Source: Spizellomyces punctatus DAOM BR117 (lineage: Eukaryota). From it: a stretch of DNA of 64,000 bases. The stretch is from the NCBI GenBank assembly GCA_000182565.2, contig KQ257456.1; one strand, given 5' to 3'. Each line of letters starts with the position of its first letter. The first letter of the stretch is position 1. A program made the position numbers and the translations under genes. This document shows positions 1-15,609 of this stretch, one piece after another. The notes under the pieces were generated by a model that was not told where the DNA came from, did no database searches, and saw only the letters and a program-made list of their open reading frames with translations.

Positions 1-1600
1 GAGCGCGACGGGTTCTTTCACGAGGTGGCGTCGCCATCGCATTGGAAGAGGTCGAATGAACACTGGGTATATGGTTTCCGCTCGCCATGGCATCGTACAT
101 GACCGAATTGGGGACTGGAGGAGCAAGCAGATGCGGTTGGACATGATGAGGGTATAAGTCAGAGTAGTTGGCTGCCTCCTCGGCAAAAGTGACTTCATGA
201 CGCATTTCGGCATAGCTCAGTCGACGTTGTTCCGTATAGCCAGCTAACGGAAGTGAGACCATGCCCACCTCCGTAGGGGAGCCGAGGCGTGTATCACGGA
301 GCATCTTGTTGAGATGCTCAACATCTTGATCTTGTTGAGCGCTATAACCGTCCGCCATCGGGGCAATGTCTACCGACGGTCGACGGCCAGAAAAGTAGGC
401 ATCGGCAATGGCGCGGTGGTCATAGAGATGCGTCGGAGCTGCCGTAACAGACTTTGGCGGAGCTGAATTGACAAACGTTGCATGCGTGGGCGACTGCACA
501 TTGTCGTCAGGCTCATCACCCACCCCCATGGTGCTCTCATGGCTGCTAGACAGCGTACGAGCGCGATCCCTTGTTTGCACAGATAGGCCAGCTGCCTTTT
601 CATCACCCGGCTTGCGAATAACGATAAGCTTCTTATCAATGTCTTGAAGTTTCTTCTCTACATCTTTCTCAGTATGGATGAAACAACACCGCTTGCCATA
701 CGGACAGGTGCCTTTCTCCCAGAAAGTCTTGCACATTTCGGTCTTGTATTTGGGATGACGATCCACAGGCCGGAGCTCTGTTTCAGAGTGCGCAAACTGA
801 CACTTGTTTCCATAGCGGCAAGTACCAGTTTCCTCCCAGGAGCGACAGAGCTCAGTCTTGTATAAACTCATCTTCTTCAGCTCTCGGTCAATCTTTGTAG
901 GGCTACCAGAAGCTGTCGTTTCGCCAGAGCCTCGACGTTCGGTCGTAGCTGAGCCACTTGAGGTAGAGCCGTCAGAGGTCACTGAGCGCTTCCGCGTGTA
1001 AGGAGGGCGAGTCGCCGGAGGAGAAGGGAGTGGAGCGGAATTATAGGGGCGTGCACCTGCCATATAACGGGCTGGCACATTACCCAAATGGCTGTTAACA
1101 CTGGCAGTTGTAAGCTGGTGCTGATGCATCAACAAGGCATGTGCGGTAGGAGTGAAAGCTCCTAGAGCCATTTGTGGAGTTTGCGGGGTGGCCAATCCTC
1201 CTAGTGCGTAAGAGGGGCGGACAGCGGCGTAAGGAGTACCGGGTAAGGAGGCAGAGTTCATGACCAGAGCGTCTTGATAGGCAGCCGCTGCTGCAGCGTA
1301 TGCGGCAACATCTGGATGAAGGGCAGCGGAAGTATCTTCGGTATCGATGGGTAAGCCATTCTTCATAGCAAAGTCGTGGTTAGCGGAAGGACGTCGAACG
1401 CGACTAGCACCCGTTGAAGAGGCAGGATCGAACATCCTTGCCTCTCGACTATAATTGTCTTGCTGCATTTCCCTGACGCTCGGGCGGCGATGGGTCAATG
1501 GTCCCCCTTCAGAAGGCGCCATCTCATACGACGGAACATCATACAGCTTTCCCTCACCCATGGTCGGATGGCGCGGTCGTTGCTGAAGCAAGATGCTCAT
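1..1600 (-). CDS. Tandem CCCH zinc-finger mRNA-binding protein (TTP/ZFP36/Cth1-2/Zfs1 family), 3' end off window
   Basis: Manually read open frame from ATG at 1600 to the window edge (absent from the ORF track). It contains [26 protein letters not shown] and [26 protein letters not shown] at ~670-870, the canonical tandem CX8CX5CX3H fingers with YKTEL lead-ins. Confidence 0.92.
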   Translation of the reverse strand, partial: MSILLQQRPRHPTMGEGKLYDVPSYEMAPSEGGPLTHRRPSVREMQQDNYSREARMFDPASSTGASRVRRPSANHDFAMKNGLPIDTEDTSAALHPDVAAYAAAAAAYQDALVMNSASLPGTPYAAVRPSYALGGLATPQTPQMALGAFTPTAHALLMHQHQLTTASVNSHLGNVPARYMAGARPYNSAPLPSPPATRPPYTRKRSVTSDGSTSSGSATTERRGSGETTASGSPTKIDRELKKMSLYKTELCRSWEETGTCRYGNKCQFAHSETELRPVDRHPKYKTEMCKTFWEKGTCPYGKRCCFIHTEKDVEKKLQDIDKKLIVIRKPGDEKAAGLSVQTRDRARTLSSSHESTMGVGDEPDDNVQSPTHATFVNSAPPKSVTAAPTHLYDHRAIADAYFSGRRPSVDIAPMADGYSAQQDQDVEHLNKMLRDTRLGSPTEVGMVSLPLAGYTEQRRLSYAEMRHEVTFAEEAANYSDLYPHHVQPHLLAPPVPNSVMYDAMASGNHIPSVHSTSSNAMATPPRERTRRA

Positions 1601-3801
1601 AAAGTTGGCTTAAAAGGTGAAAGGCAGGCGACGTCTAGCTGCAGTTGCTAGGTGTTGTCTGGGACGGGGTGAGCAAGGGACAAGCGTTTGAAAGGAGAAA
1701 GATTGCTACAGAACGTGACAACAAGAAGAGATCAATAAACAGCGTGACAAGTCTGATAAACAACCAACAACGTACCAGAGAGGCTTTACAAAGCCAGTAG
1801 AATATTTGTCAATACAATCTGACAAGCGACAAGGGATACAAGGCAACCAAGAGCCGTTTTAGGTAAACACTTTTATCCAGGACGTGCCGAAACCACAGGA
1901 ATAGAAAGGAAATACAAGGGAGAGCCTAGTTAGCGGTGGAGAGGAGACAAGGAGAAAAGGTGGACCATGGGCATGACAAGACAGACAAGGGAGGTCACAA
2001 AAGGTCTCTCTCTCTCCTCCCAAAGACCGTGAGAAGCCAAAGCTGTCACCACCAAAAGGTCCTTTGCAAAGATGTCGGTGAAGCCAATGAGGAAATCCTC
2101 CAAGAAAGCGAAAGCGAAAAGAGCGATACGAGAGAAGGGCTTTGTTGGTCCCCTTTTGGCGCACACTCCCAACAATTGTATGACTGTGCACAACCGTGCC
2201 ACATGCGCTACTTAACTCCTTCCGTCCGCTTGGGCGCTTTCTTCTCATGAACCACCCAGCCACCTGACAATAACACTCACCTCTTTTTGTTAAAACGACG
2301 ACGAACGACGACGATGCAACTATCGCTGAATTTGTAAGAGCAAGATGTGCAAGCAAGGGTATTCTGGGTGAGGTGAAAAAAAATAGGAAATGCTCCACGC
2401 TCAAAGGACTTTTGAACGAGAAAGCTGGGAGAGAAACGTGCAGTCGTGCCTCGTCCTTTTATATAGAGTCCCACTCCGCACACAACAAAAAGGAACTGTC
2501 AGTCGTTTGCAAGTGGGAACTTGTGAAAAGCGTGGGTTACGTGGCTTGAAGAAGGTGTGTTGCGTGGTGGTGGTGGAGGGGAGGTGGGAGCACACTACTA
2601 TTAACGGCAGCCTTTGTCTCTCGTGTAGAGGGCGCGACCGGCAAGTTAGCTGGTTGAAGGGACGGAAAGACAAACTGCGCAAGGGGTAAATGACATATTC
2701 ACAGTGTTTGATTTGCTGACATTATGATAGATATAGTTGTTGTTGAACACTCTCTCAACTTGCAAGCAAAAGCATTAGAAAAGTAGGATTGGAAAATAAA
2801 CCAGAAAAGGGTTACGCGTTCAGCCCTCCCGTTACTATAAGGCTTTCCAACAACAACACACACAAAACAACATCTCCATAACCAAAAGACAATGTTTGAT
2901 TGGTAAAGTTGTCAGTCCGTCCCGTCAATCCCTGATGGGTTTTACAAGTTGTGTGTTTTTTTGGTTTGCTGAGGACTTTAAATGTCATATTACAATAGGT
3001 GGTAATCTGATCATTTTTTGCTGATGAAATGCTTGTGTGCTTGTAGTGTTTTTGATTTCCAAAAGGCTTCAAGGCGGAACCAGTTTTTTTTTTCTTCTTT
3101 TCCAACTTGCAAGCGTGGCTTTAGGCGAGAGTCACTTGCAAACGCCTCTCCTCTCCAATTAAAAAGGGTACAAGTTGCAACAGTGAAGTTTGGACACCTC
3201 AACCATCCCTTTTGGGCCGAGCTCAGGAATGGTGTCGCAAAGCAAAGAGGAAGGGGTATCCGTTCTCAGCTAGTTATAATGGGTTCAGATTGATTTCTGT
3301 GTGTGTGTGTGTGGTAAAGAGTCCAAATGAATACTACTGATATAGCAAATCAATTAGTGTGCACACCTATCTCTTTCCATGCATAGCCATCCTTTACGAG
3401 TCAAGACAACTACATCCCGCCCTTTGTATTAACCTCCTTGACAGTCTTGCAAGTTGCGTCAGTTTGCGCATCAAGACAGGTCACTAATCTCTCCTTTCTG
3501 GAGCTGTGCATGTGTGCACCCCAAATCCACAGTCCCCCCCAAAATAGTTTCCATGCATTATCTAGTGTGTGTGTGCATGTCATGATAGAATCCATCATCA
3601 ACAAAAGACGATTTAACATTCATCCCTAAAATAGCATCTACAAATATCGAATTATTCCATCTTTCGAACGTTTCATCTTTTTTGAGTCTCGAACGTTTTT
3701 GTCTCGCATGAGTGGCGCAGTCTATCTGGGACGCTGTGCTGATAATTTTGGGCACACTTCCCCCCAACCTGCCATCTCCAACCACGACATTTCGTGACCA
3801 A

Positions 3802-5030
3802 ATGGCCATTACAATAGATGCCATTTACATTTATCCCATCAAAAGCTGTAGAGGAATAGCTGTCCAGTCAGCTGCTATCAGTCAATGTAAGTAAATCTGA
3901 TATAGTTTATATGATTGATTCATTTCTAATTGGATCTTGTTTCCATCAGATGGTAGGTTTTTCTGACGGATCGATGATGGGTTTAGGGCTTGCAAAGGAA
4001 CCAATCGTTGTTTTATTTTTCCTTAGGCTTGGAACTTGATCGCTTTTGGGTTCTATCAGACTTGGAGGGTAATCAAGTAACTCAAAGAAAACATCCCCGC
4101 CTGGCTCTCGTATCCCCTCGCATCAAGTTAAACACTTTATCAGAACAACATGATATCCCCGTCAACGCTTACCATCTTGGTGGTCAGTTGATTGTATCAG
4201 CACCAGGCATGGAAAAGGACCTTGTTATCGAGTTCAAGAATCAAAGTTGTGCATCAATGCGGCGACAGGTTCAAGTGTGGGCAAGTTTGGTGGACGGGTT
4301 GGATGAAGGGGACGAAGCCGCCGAGTGGTTTTCCAAGTATTTGGAAATGGATGTTAGGTTGTTGGTCAAGGACGTCTCATGCATCCGATCATTGGACAAA
4401 CGACATGTCCCTGCACGCAAACTCTTTAGCCACGAACCACAAACAGCCTTTTCAGACGGATTCCCCTTCCTCATCACGAATACCGCTTCGTTAGCCGATC
4501 TTAACACACGCCTCGCTACCAAAGACATTTCCCCAGTCTCCATGGAGAACTTTCGTCCCAACATTGTCATCACATCACCTTCCCTCGCCCCGTACACTGA
4601 AGAAACCTTTGTCAAACTTTCCGTTAATGGAGCAAACATGCTTTATATTGCGTCCCGGTGTACCCGGTGCACTCTCCCAAACAACAATCCCGTAACCGGT
4701 ATCCCCCACGTTCGTGAACCACTAGCGACACTCATGCAGTACAGAAGGAGTGATCCTGGAGCACAATTCAAAGCATGTTTTGGTATGAATGCCATTCAAG
4801 CGACAACAGGGTGGACTCTACGGACGGGTGATGTTGTGACGGTGGTTGAACAGGGTGTACATGACCAACGAGGTGTATGGTTAGGAAACGAGACCATCTC
4901 CCTTGTTGGCAAAGAAGAGTGCAAGCAATTGGTGCGAGCTGATGATCGGTGGTGGAGATTTTATAATGCATTGATGTCGTGGTGGACCTTGTCGATTGCC
5001 CCTGTAATTTGGAGCTGGTGGCCCTTGTGA
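3802..5030 (+). CDS. MOSC-domain protein (mARC-like molybdenum cofactor protein), 2 exons
   Basis: Exon 1 MAITIDAIYIYPIKSCRG (MOSC_N motif IYPIKS), GTAAGT intron to ~4026. Exon 2 has DRFWV, FSDGFPFL, NFRPNIV, RCTRC and CFGMN motifs. Confidence 0.9.
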
Positions 5031-5269
5031 TGCAGCATGTAAGAGGCAATATAGATGTAGATGTTGTGATGGTAGAAATATATCACATTGACAGAAACGC
5101 TGTGAACGTAAATAAATGAGTTCTGAGAAGGTGATGTACAAGTGTACTAGACAGCTTATTTCTTGGAAGTCTAGTACAGACCAATATACACAATGATAAC
5201 ATTATACTTTCGAACAAAACGCTTTTACAGGAAGAACCCCACACCACAAATGCTAATGCACACAAGTGG

Positions 5270-6708
5270 TCAAACTACTGTCGCAGAGCTGTCACTCTTC
5301 AATCCTTGTTCCTCATACTTGTCCCCCTTCTCAACGTGATGCCTTTGCCCCACGCGGAACTGCAGGTACGCAAACACACCCACCCAGAGCGCACACAGAA
5401 TTCCAAACACTACATACGGCCAGGTCTTTTTGGTCCCTTCATGGTCGTTGTATAAGGCGATTCCAAGGGGTATGTTGACCAAGGCAAGGAGGAACACAAT
5501 ACGTCCCAACCACCAGTGGACTTTATCCCACCATGGGATATATTTTCGGGTAGGATTGAACAACCTGTCGATGATCCAGCCAAGAGCCAGCTGCGGTGCA
5601 GATAGTATGATAATCAAAAGACCAATCACCTAAAAAAAATGCGATTCCATATCAGTGACAGAACTCGATAAAAAGTCTAGAGCCATCAGCTACGAAAACT
5701 CACCACATGCGCACCGTTCGCTTTCACATTGAAATGACTTGCACCCTTGACACCCACCACATGATACACCAATCCAAATCCAACATATGTAAATACCCCT
5801 GCTGCCAACAACATGAGTGCCCAGTGGAGCCTAAACCACCATACACCCAAAGCAGGCTTAAAGAAGCGTGCAATGACAATCGCCAATGGCGCGAGGACAA
5901 CCCATCCGAGAAACATGAGGATCCCATGAGCTTGAATGAGATTGCCGGTGTTGGCCGCAGCGTCGTGGACCACGTTTGAGGTTGTTCCATCTGGTTGTGT
6001 TTCAGAGAAAGCCATCGAGCCGTCCATCAGGTTCCCGGTTGTGGTGCCTCGAGCAGTGTGCCGAGGAACATTTGTGGCACTGGCGGGTGGAGCACCCGCA
6101 TATCCTGCCCAAATGAAGCTTTGACTAGACGACTGTATGGCAGGAAGGTTGTTCCCCGGTGAAGCGATGGATCGGTCAAATGTGACAACATATTTTTGGA
6201 CATTGTTGATGGTGAAGATTCCAGTACTGTTTGCGATGATCTGGAGGTCTTGGGTTGGATTTAGAGTGGGGAGGCGGTGTCCATTGGCTGTTCGGCGGGT
6301 TATTGCGACATTTTGGCCGTTTGAAACGGGGTAGGCCATCTATGCAGATGTCAAAGTGAATACACTCGCAACCAAAGACACAAAGCAAGCACACGAACCA
6401 TGACATCCGCCGCATCCATACTCGCCCCAATCCCAAACCCAACCCACCCAAGCTCTTTTGGAAATTCCATACGAATCCTCACTTCATTGTTTCCAATGTT
6501 ATTGGAGTACACGCAAAAGACGGGTTGTCCAACCTGGAAACATTGTGGGCTGGCAAGGACGGCTGGTTAAAGACAAAACAATCCAAAAAAGATGAGATGT
6601 TCTGCCCCCTTCCTCAGTAGGACGAAAAACAAAAAAATGGTAAAACCTACTCTGTATGAAGAGAACAAAAAGTCCAAGAGTAAAAGATAAACGTCGTCGG
6701 TCGAGCAT
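5270..6708 (-). CDS. DOMON + cytochrome b561 domain membrane protein, multi-exon
   Basis: GWVGFGIGASMDAADV (DOMON) at ~6400-6450. b561 heme histidines in AHGILMFLGW, WFRLHW, GAH, LQ-like PQLALG and VHWWLGR. Start position is approximate. Confidence 0.82.
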
Positions 6709-8364
6709 GACGGACAATGATGGAGAATGTCACAAGCGACAACAGTCAATAGCGTTAAAATATTGTTTTTGACGACAAATCCAGTCGTAATCAAGCCCTT
6801 TAAAACCGACTGACAATTTAACAAAAAGAAAAAAAAGAGACCTTGCCTCCTCCCTCAGCCAAACTTTAACAAAAAAACCAACCCTTTCCATCGTAGAGTT
6901 CAAGTGTGCAAAAAACCCAACCCACACACGCCGATGCTCCGCCCCCTCCTTCGTCCCCCAAGGGGAGGGCTTGGAATGATCGCGGTCATTGTTTTTTCTT
7001 GGAACACTTTCTGAGTCACACTGCCACGACGCGGACTTGAACGGCTGGTGAGTTGAAGAGAAATAACAATGGGTTGAAAAGGTTTTTGTGTGTGATAACG
7101 AATCAACAAGGAAGAAGCAACATGTGTGCTCTTGGGTTTCGCTCTTGGGTTCTAATTACAAGTGCTCAGTAACTTGCAAAAAAACCAGCGTGCATCACCA
7201 GCCCCAATCACGCTTTGCGGATAAGGTTTTTGATGTGGGCAAAGTCAAAATGGATTGCGCCAAGTGAAAACCCCTTCAAGCCATGCTCTCCATACCCAAA
7301 AGTGCTGAACTGCCACCATGGGTCTCATTTCACCTCCACTCTTTATCGTTTATTTCACTCAAAGTGGGGAAACCGCTTGTTCAAGGGCTTCATTTTGGAC
7401 TCTGAACCAGGGTTCCCCATCTTCGGAAGATACAGTTGATTTATACTAGTAGCCGGCAGCATCGGATTGGTTTGAATGAAACAAGAGCAGAACATTCCAT
7501 GATGGGCCATGATGGGCGATGCTAATCATCCAAAAGGTAGATACTCGCTTAATAGCGATAGATACAATCGCCATGTTTTTGAATGACCACAAAAAAGAAA
7601 ACAGTCCGGGCTGATGGAAACCAGACTTGGAATCATGCTATGATTCTGCTAAAAGGCGGACCCACTCGAAAACGTGTTCTTAACGCTTACGTAAAATAGT
7701 CATCCCAAGCTGAGATATTTCATTGCTTGTGATAGCTTCCGAGAAAGCCCCAATCATCGCTCTAATAATAACTTTTGGATCTTTTTCTAGTCCATATGGC
7801 GGGTCTAAAAAGTGGTGTTGGTGCTTCTAGCATATTCATCGCCTTCTGTATTGTTGTTCGACTGCCACTGGTGATGACGATGATTTACTATTTCTGGCCA
7901 TGTCAGATACTCGTCGTTCATTGTTCCGATCTCCTCTTGACCCTCAATTCTGTGATGTATCCTCATCTTACAAGGCCAAAAAAAAGGCGAATCATAACCT
8001 CTTGACTATAATTGACCACATTTTTTAGGGAGAGTGGCCCATCGAGTGGAGTGGAAGAAAAAGTAATTGCGTTTGATGTGTTTTAACCTCGGCGTAAAAA
8101 AAAGGAAATAGGGATCACTCTGCATTCAAATATCGAAATCACAGGAAAACTCATTGAATCCGTCTTACGGAAAAGAAACGAGGGACTTCTCTTTTTTTTG
8201 CAACACGGGTTTCCGGGCCTTTTTTCTCTCTCCTTTGAAACCCAAAGTGAAGGGTCCTTGTGTGTGATTTCAAGTACAAGACTCGCTTTCGATTCCATCT
8301 CCTGGGGCACCGCTTTCGTCGTTTTCCTCTCGAGCTGTTTTGACCTGTCCAACCGAATTCCACC

Positions 8365-10788
<2,424 letters not shown>

Positions 10789-11309
10789 TAACTTTTAAAT
10801 TCATTCACAACGTTGGGAATAGATCTAAGGCAAAAAGTTCTTCGATGGGTCCGTTATTAAATAGGTTGGAAAGAGGGGGAAAGCGGAGGTTGGGCACTCC
10901 TCTCTCATTTTTCGTGTTTTGTTTACCCTTGCAGTCTTGTATACCACTCCTTCTTTAATAGAACATCATGTGTTCAAACTTAGGCTGTGGTTTCTATTTT
11001 TTGCTTTGCATCGTACGGGATATGCATAGCATTCATATGCAGCTTGTAAAAGTACTGTACATTGCAGTTTGTGATGCTAATGACGTTTTGTCCGCATTTC
11101 GCGTTGTAACAGATCTAATATGGGAGCAAATATGAAGAAGCAAAACCTGCCCGTTGCCTATCGAATGTCAGATAGGAAGTTATAGCAGCCGGTCCAAGCG
11201 ATGTTTGCAACCCGAATACTCCACAGCGATCCGGTTTTGGAAAAGCTTATCGTGCCTCAGTCCCACTGGGTATGATTTTTTAAAAAAAAAGTTCAAATGA
11301 TATCACGAC

Positions 11310-11756
11310 TCAAATGACTCTCTTCATGTCTGCCTTCACCTGTCTTTTCAACCCAACCGGTTCCCCATCCTCCAGCTCTACTCCACTAATCCCCCCTTCT
11401 CGTTCCAACAATTTTTCCAAATATTCCCTATCCTTTTCTAAAAACGGAGACATATTTTTGTCTCGCGCTGACATGCAAGGAGAAACGTCCCCATTTTCTG
11501 TCGAATCGGAAGCCAAAGGTGTATGTGCCGTTGAAGAAGGGTAAGACGACGAGTCCGCCATCTCTATCGATGTCGATTCAGATGGGTGTGACGGTTTGGG
11601 GCGGGAGAAAAAAGATGATAGGAACGGAGATCGAACGGTAGTTGAAAATAAAGACTAGGTAGCGAAAATAATTAATGGTTACATCCTGGGTTTGCCTGTT
11701 GGCTACATGCGTACCTGTGGATGACGGCGCAGCGATGGCAACCGACATCGCACCAT
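11310..11756 (-). CDS. Small (~128 aa) fungal uncharacterised protein, probable mitochondrial presequence, 2 exons
   Basis: ATG at 11756, 42-nt exon, 60-nt GTACGC...CTAG intron (11655-11714), then an in-frame exon to the stop at 11310. C-terminus is EREGGISGVELEDGEPVGLKRQVKADMKRVI. Confidence 0.6.
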
Positions 11757-11939
11757 TGGCCTGTTCACCCGTAGACACTTGATCATGATATGCGCTGTTC
11801 TGCCAATAAAACCCCTTTAACGGAAATGGAGTCAATGATGAATCCTTTTGGAATAAAAGGCTGCAATGTTGCAATGACCAACCTTCCAGACGATGAGGCT
11901 TGCGTTGAGCACGTTCGCATCGAATATTTGATCGGACAA

Positions 11940-12145
11940 GAACACAGCCGGTTAACACAGCGGTTTGAATTTGTATTTAAATGATGCGACTGTTGGATGG
12001 GGAGATTCGTAATTTATTCCGCTATGAGTTGTTGTGGTTGCATTCATTCAAACTCGCTATCTTATAGCAATTGCTATGGCGGTACAGCTATGCCATGAAA
12101 CCTGGTTTAAACGCAATGCAGCTACTCTGTTTCTGCTCTGTTCTG
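11940..12145. repeat. Dispersed repeat, similar to 39050-39235
   Basis: Shared collinear blocks GGTTAACACAGCGGTTTGAATTT, GTTGTGGTTGCATTCATTCAA, ATAGCAATTGCTA, ATGCCAT.AAACC.GGTTTAA. Confidence 0.75.
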
Positions 12146-12409
12146 TCCGATCAAATATTCGATAATAGTTTAGTCATCAAGCATGCGCCACACGATGAGG
12201 TCATGGTGGAAATGACGCCTGTTGAGCTTTGCATCTTTTGGTAAAAACAAACAAAATCAGGTTCTGCCAAGTGGGGACTTGGTTTCTGGCATCAGGGTTT
12301 CGTTGAGCATCTGTTCCATTAGTTTGTTCCATAGGTTAGATCTGGTCCTACTCTGGAAAAACAGCCATTACCTTGTTTTGTTTTCCTGTCATCTCGAGCA
12401 GCTGTCTGG

Positions 12410-13693
12410 GTGTGTGAAGGGCTGATAAGAGGGTGGAGGGGGCTTTTACATTGTGGGACTGTCAGCAAGACAAAAACAAAACACTGGTTTTTGGAGGACG
12501 ACAAGTTCATTTTATTTAGCTTGCAACTGTTCTGCTTTTTTTTTGGCGCCTTCGGACAGGAGAAGGATTTTTTGGAGGAGATAAACTTTTTCGATATGCG
12601 AGTTTTTCAGTTGATTTACAGCATAGAGGCGAATCCGCCTGTAGCTCCACATCCGCAACCACCCATTGAGGCTCCTCCTCCCTGCGCCCAAAGCCTACCA
12701 TCTCGCAGCGATTCATCCGACACGATCGTTGTTATTCCCGCCCAGCTACCAGTTACCCCTCTGCGCGCCAACTCATACTTTGGCGAAATAGCCTCCGACA
12801 ATATCTCGCCAAATCCAACATCCCCTGGCGGAATATACGAGAACCTTGTTTGTCCATTATGCTTTACCTTACCGCAACGACTAAAACGATTGCCATGTTG
12901 CGGGAATCGCATGTGTGCTCATTGTGGGAAGGAGTGGGTATCGGGGCACGGGACATGCCCCTTTTGCAGAGCAGATCTGGAAAAAATTATAGCTGATGCG
13001 GACGTCAAAACAAGCGACTGTCAAAATGTTCAGACTGAGCATGTGGAGCAAGAGCATCATCAGCACACTCGTTCATACATTCGCAGTCGACGAAAACTGC
13101 ATCTCCCGGACGACCTGGAAGCACAGGAACAACTGGATGAAATAGATGTGCTATGTCCTCTTTGTTTGCCTAATGCAGGACACTGGATCGGAGAATGTAC
13201 GTGGGTTGGTCCGAGAAAGGACGTTCGCAGACATATGGAGGAGGATTGTCCAGGGCGAATCGGTATGTACCTTGACTTGTGGGAGCGGTGTTTGGTTGTT
13301 TTTTTTCTTGGTCTGATTTTTCCGCATCATTCAGATCCAAACACAGGGCATGTTTCCTCAGAATTCAAGTCCTTTGCATTCCTCGGGCTGGACGATATAG
13401 ATTCGGACGATGATCGCGATAGCATTATCGCCGAACACACCGCAGTGTCAGTGGACGAGGAAGGAACACCTCTGGCTCTGCTCGCCAGGGGCCGTTTGCA
13501 GTCCATGTCAAACGGTGATTACCAGGTGGAATTGCACGACCAGGAGCCATCGTCTTACTGGAGGAGTGTCCTTTGCTCAAAAGTGACGTGGACGCTGTTT
13601 ACGTTGGGCATCCTGGCAGGATTCATTTTGTACATGGTTTTTGGCACGGCCAATTCGGGATCCAATACGCCTGCCACCTCGAAAATTTCTTAA
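12410..13693 (+). CDS. RING-finger protein with TRAF-like Zn finger and C-terminal transmembrane helix (putative E3 ligase); true start uncertain
   Basis: RING CPLC...LPCCGNRMCAHC...TCPFCR, then VLCPLC...CTWVG...RHMEEDC. TM segment VTWTLFTLGILAGFILYMVF. Probable in-frame intron ~13263-13334. Confidence 0.75.
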   Translation: MCEGLIRGWRGLLHCGTVSKTKTKHWFLEDDKFILFSLQLFCFFFGAFGQEKDFLEEINFFDMRVFQLIYSIEANPPVAPHPQPPIEAPPPCAQSLPSRSDSSDTIVVIPAQLPVTPLRANSYFGEIASDNISPNPTSPGGIYENLVCPLCFTLPQRLKRLPCCGNRMCAHCGKEWVSGHGTCPFCRADLEKIIADADVKTSDCQNVQTEHVEQEHHQHTRSYIRSRRKLHLPDDLEAQEQLDEIDVLCPLCLPNAGHWIGECTWVGPRKDVRRHMEEDCPGRIGMYLDLWERCLVVFFLGLIFPHHSDPNTGHVSSEFKSFAFLGLDDIDSDDDRDSIIAEHTAVSVDEEGTPLALLARGRLQSMSNGDYQVELHDQEPSSYWRSVLCSKVTWTLFTLGILAGFILYMVFGTANSGSNTPATSKIS

Positions 13694-14491
13694 AACACGA
13701 GCTTGGGGGTCTCTATTTCCTGTAAAATGCTTTTGGTTAATTTTCAGTATGTATCAATAATAGCAATTTTTTTTAAGTACAAGTAATAAATTTATAAAAG
13801 TTGTCAGTCACTGCAAGTGCACTGCAGTTGTTGTCTGTTGTCGTTGGCCATCTGGCCATCTACAATGTAAAACGCAAGAGATAATAAGGTCCATCAAAAG
13901 GGCCATGCATGCTTAATCAACCTTACAAGTAATCAGCTCAGCCTAAACAAATGATTGGGCAGATGACACCCGAAAGCCCGAGCAGCGCAGGGGAGCAAAA
14001 GGCAATCCGATAAGCAAATCTATCCAACTTGCCCTTTGACGTCATGTGCACACGGCAGTCCTTTTTGCTTGCTACCCCCTCCAAGCGTGCTTTTTTCAAA
14101 CGCTTTGGTTGCTCTGGTCTTTTCACACTCGTGGATAGAATGCCCTCAAATTTAGTACTAACCATGACTGTGCCATTGTAATCGATTGCAACCAATTCCA
14201 TTATCGGCAGCGTGTTCTTCTTTGGTTGCTGTGGTGAAAAAGCCGCGCAAAGGGCCAGATGAATTGATTATTAGAGGTATCGTCGTCGTCTCCACCCTCG
14301 ACAAAACATTTGGGGTCATTAGTCGTCTTTTGAACCATTCAAGGGCTTGTTGGGGATATTCTTTAGCGATTGACCTGCTGCTGCACAAGACGACGACAAC
14401 GATTTACAAGTTTTGTTGAACAAAACTCCCAAAACCCTAACGCGTCTCGACCCCAACGGTTTATTTCCCATTGCTTTGCGGAACCCCAACC

Positions 14492-15257
14492 ATGCGTGTC
14501 CTTCCGAGTCTTTTGATATGTCTCACCGTTTTCTTGGTGCAGGCGCTTTGTCAAAGTCCTGCGGCGCCGATTGGTGCTGTTACGTCCCAAGTGGGTCAAG
14601 ATGGTGCTTGGACGGGGTCGGTAGAGGTATGCAGTAACAAGGTCTCCTGTTTGAGATCCGCGATCACAGACCTGACATGTCTATTTTCCCCAGACGGATC
14701 CGAGTGTTACGTCCATGACAATCGTACCCATTGTCAATGGCAACACAGCCCCTGCAAAGAGTTTCCAAGCTGCTATCGGCGCCCCACCAGGGGACCTTAC
14801 TCCGGGACATATCTACTGGACCTTTGAAGGAAAAGCCGACCCAAATTATAATGGTTTTATCCTGCAATACGAACAGACAGGCGCTCAAGGCATACTCGAA
14901 TATCCAGCAGCAAGTTTCCTTCCAATGGGTCCAGGACTCAACCCTTTTCCTTCAGCGTCGTCAAAACCCTGGATAGCATCAGGCAAACCCGTCACATATG
15001 CCATCATCGCCGTCGCCGGCGCCACGGTCCTCTTTGTGGGCATGTTACTCTGGATTGCGAGCAAAAATCGGGCGACGCCGACGGGTTATGGTACGGGCAC
15101 ACTTGGCAAAGGCGGCAGTCTTCGTTCCAGACCAAGCATCACAAACAAGCCAGATGTTGAGGAAATTATTGTGGAGGCCCCTCCTCTTCCGATCAAGCAA
15201 CATGAGCCTGGACCATCCGGCAGTGGCAGGGCGAGAGTTATGGACCTTGAAGCGTAA
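14492..15257 (+). CDS. Small single-pass membrane protein with signal peptide, 2 exons
   Basis: Signal MRVLPSLLICLTVFLVQALC, intron ~14627-14693, TM segment YAIIAVAGATVLFVGMLLWIA. Confidence 0.65.
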
Positions 15258-15609
15258 TACTGGACAGTAATGCATATATTGGTGTAATCATATATAGCTG
15301 GATTTTGAACGTTGAGGTTTAATAGGCTCTGGCGTGCGACTGGCGTGGGCGACTCCAGAGAGGGGGTTTGTTGGTGGAACATGTATATATGCATATTATT
15401 TCTAGAGTGAAAAATGTATCACTTGTCCTAAAAAAGTATTTCAAGACTGAAAACCAAAGTTACAACTAGGCCGCTGGGACATCCTAAAATTGTTTTGCAA
15501 AGATTTGTCTTGATCCAATATACTGACCAATGTCAGAGATGCTTTGGTCTACAGACACAAACTTGACCTGCTTACAACATGACGGTCAAAGCAAAAATAT
15601 TTCCCCATC

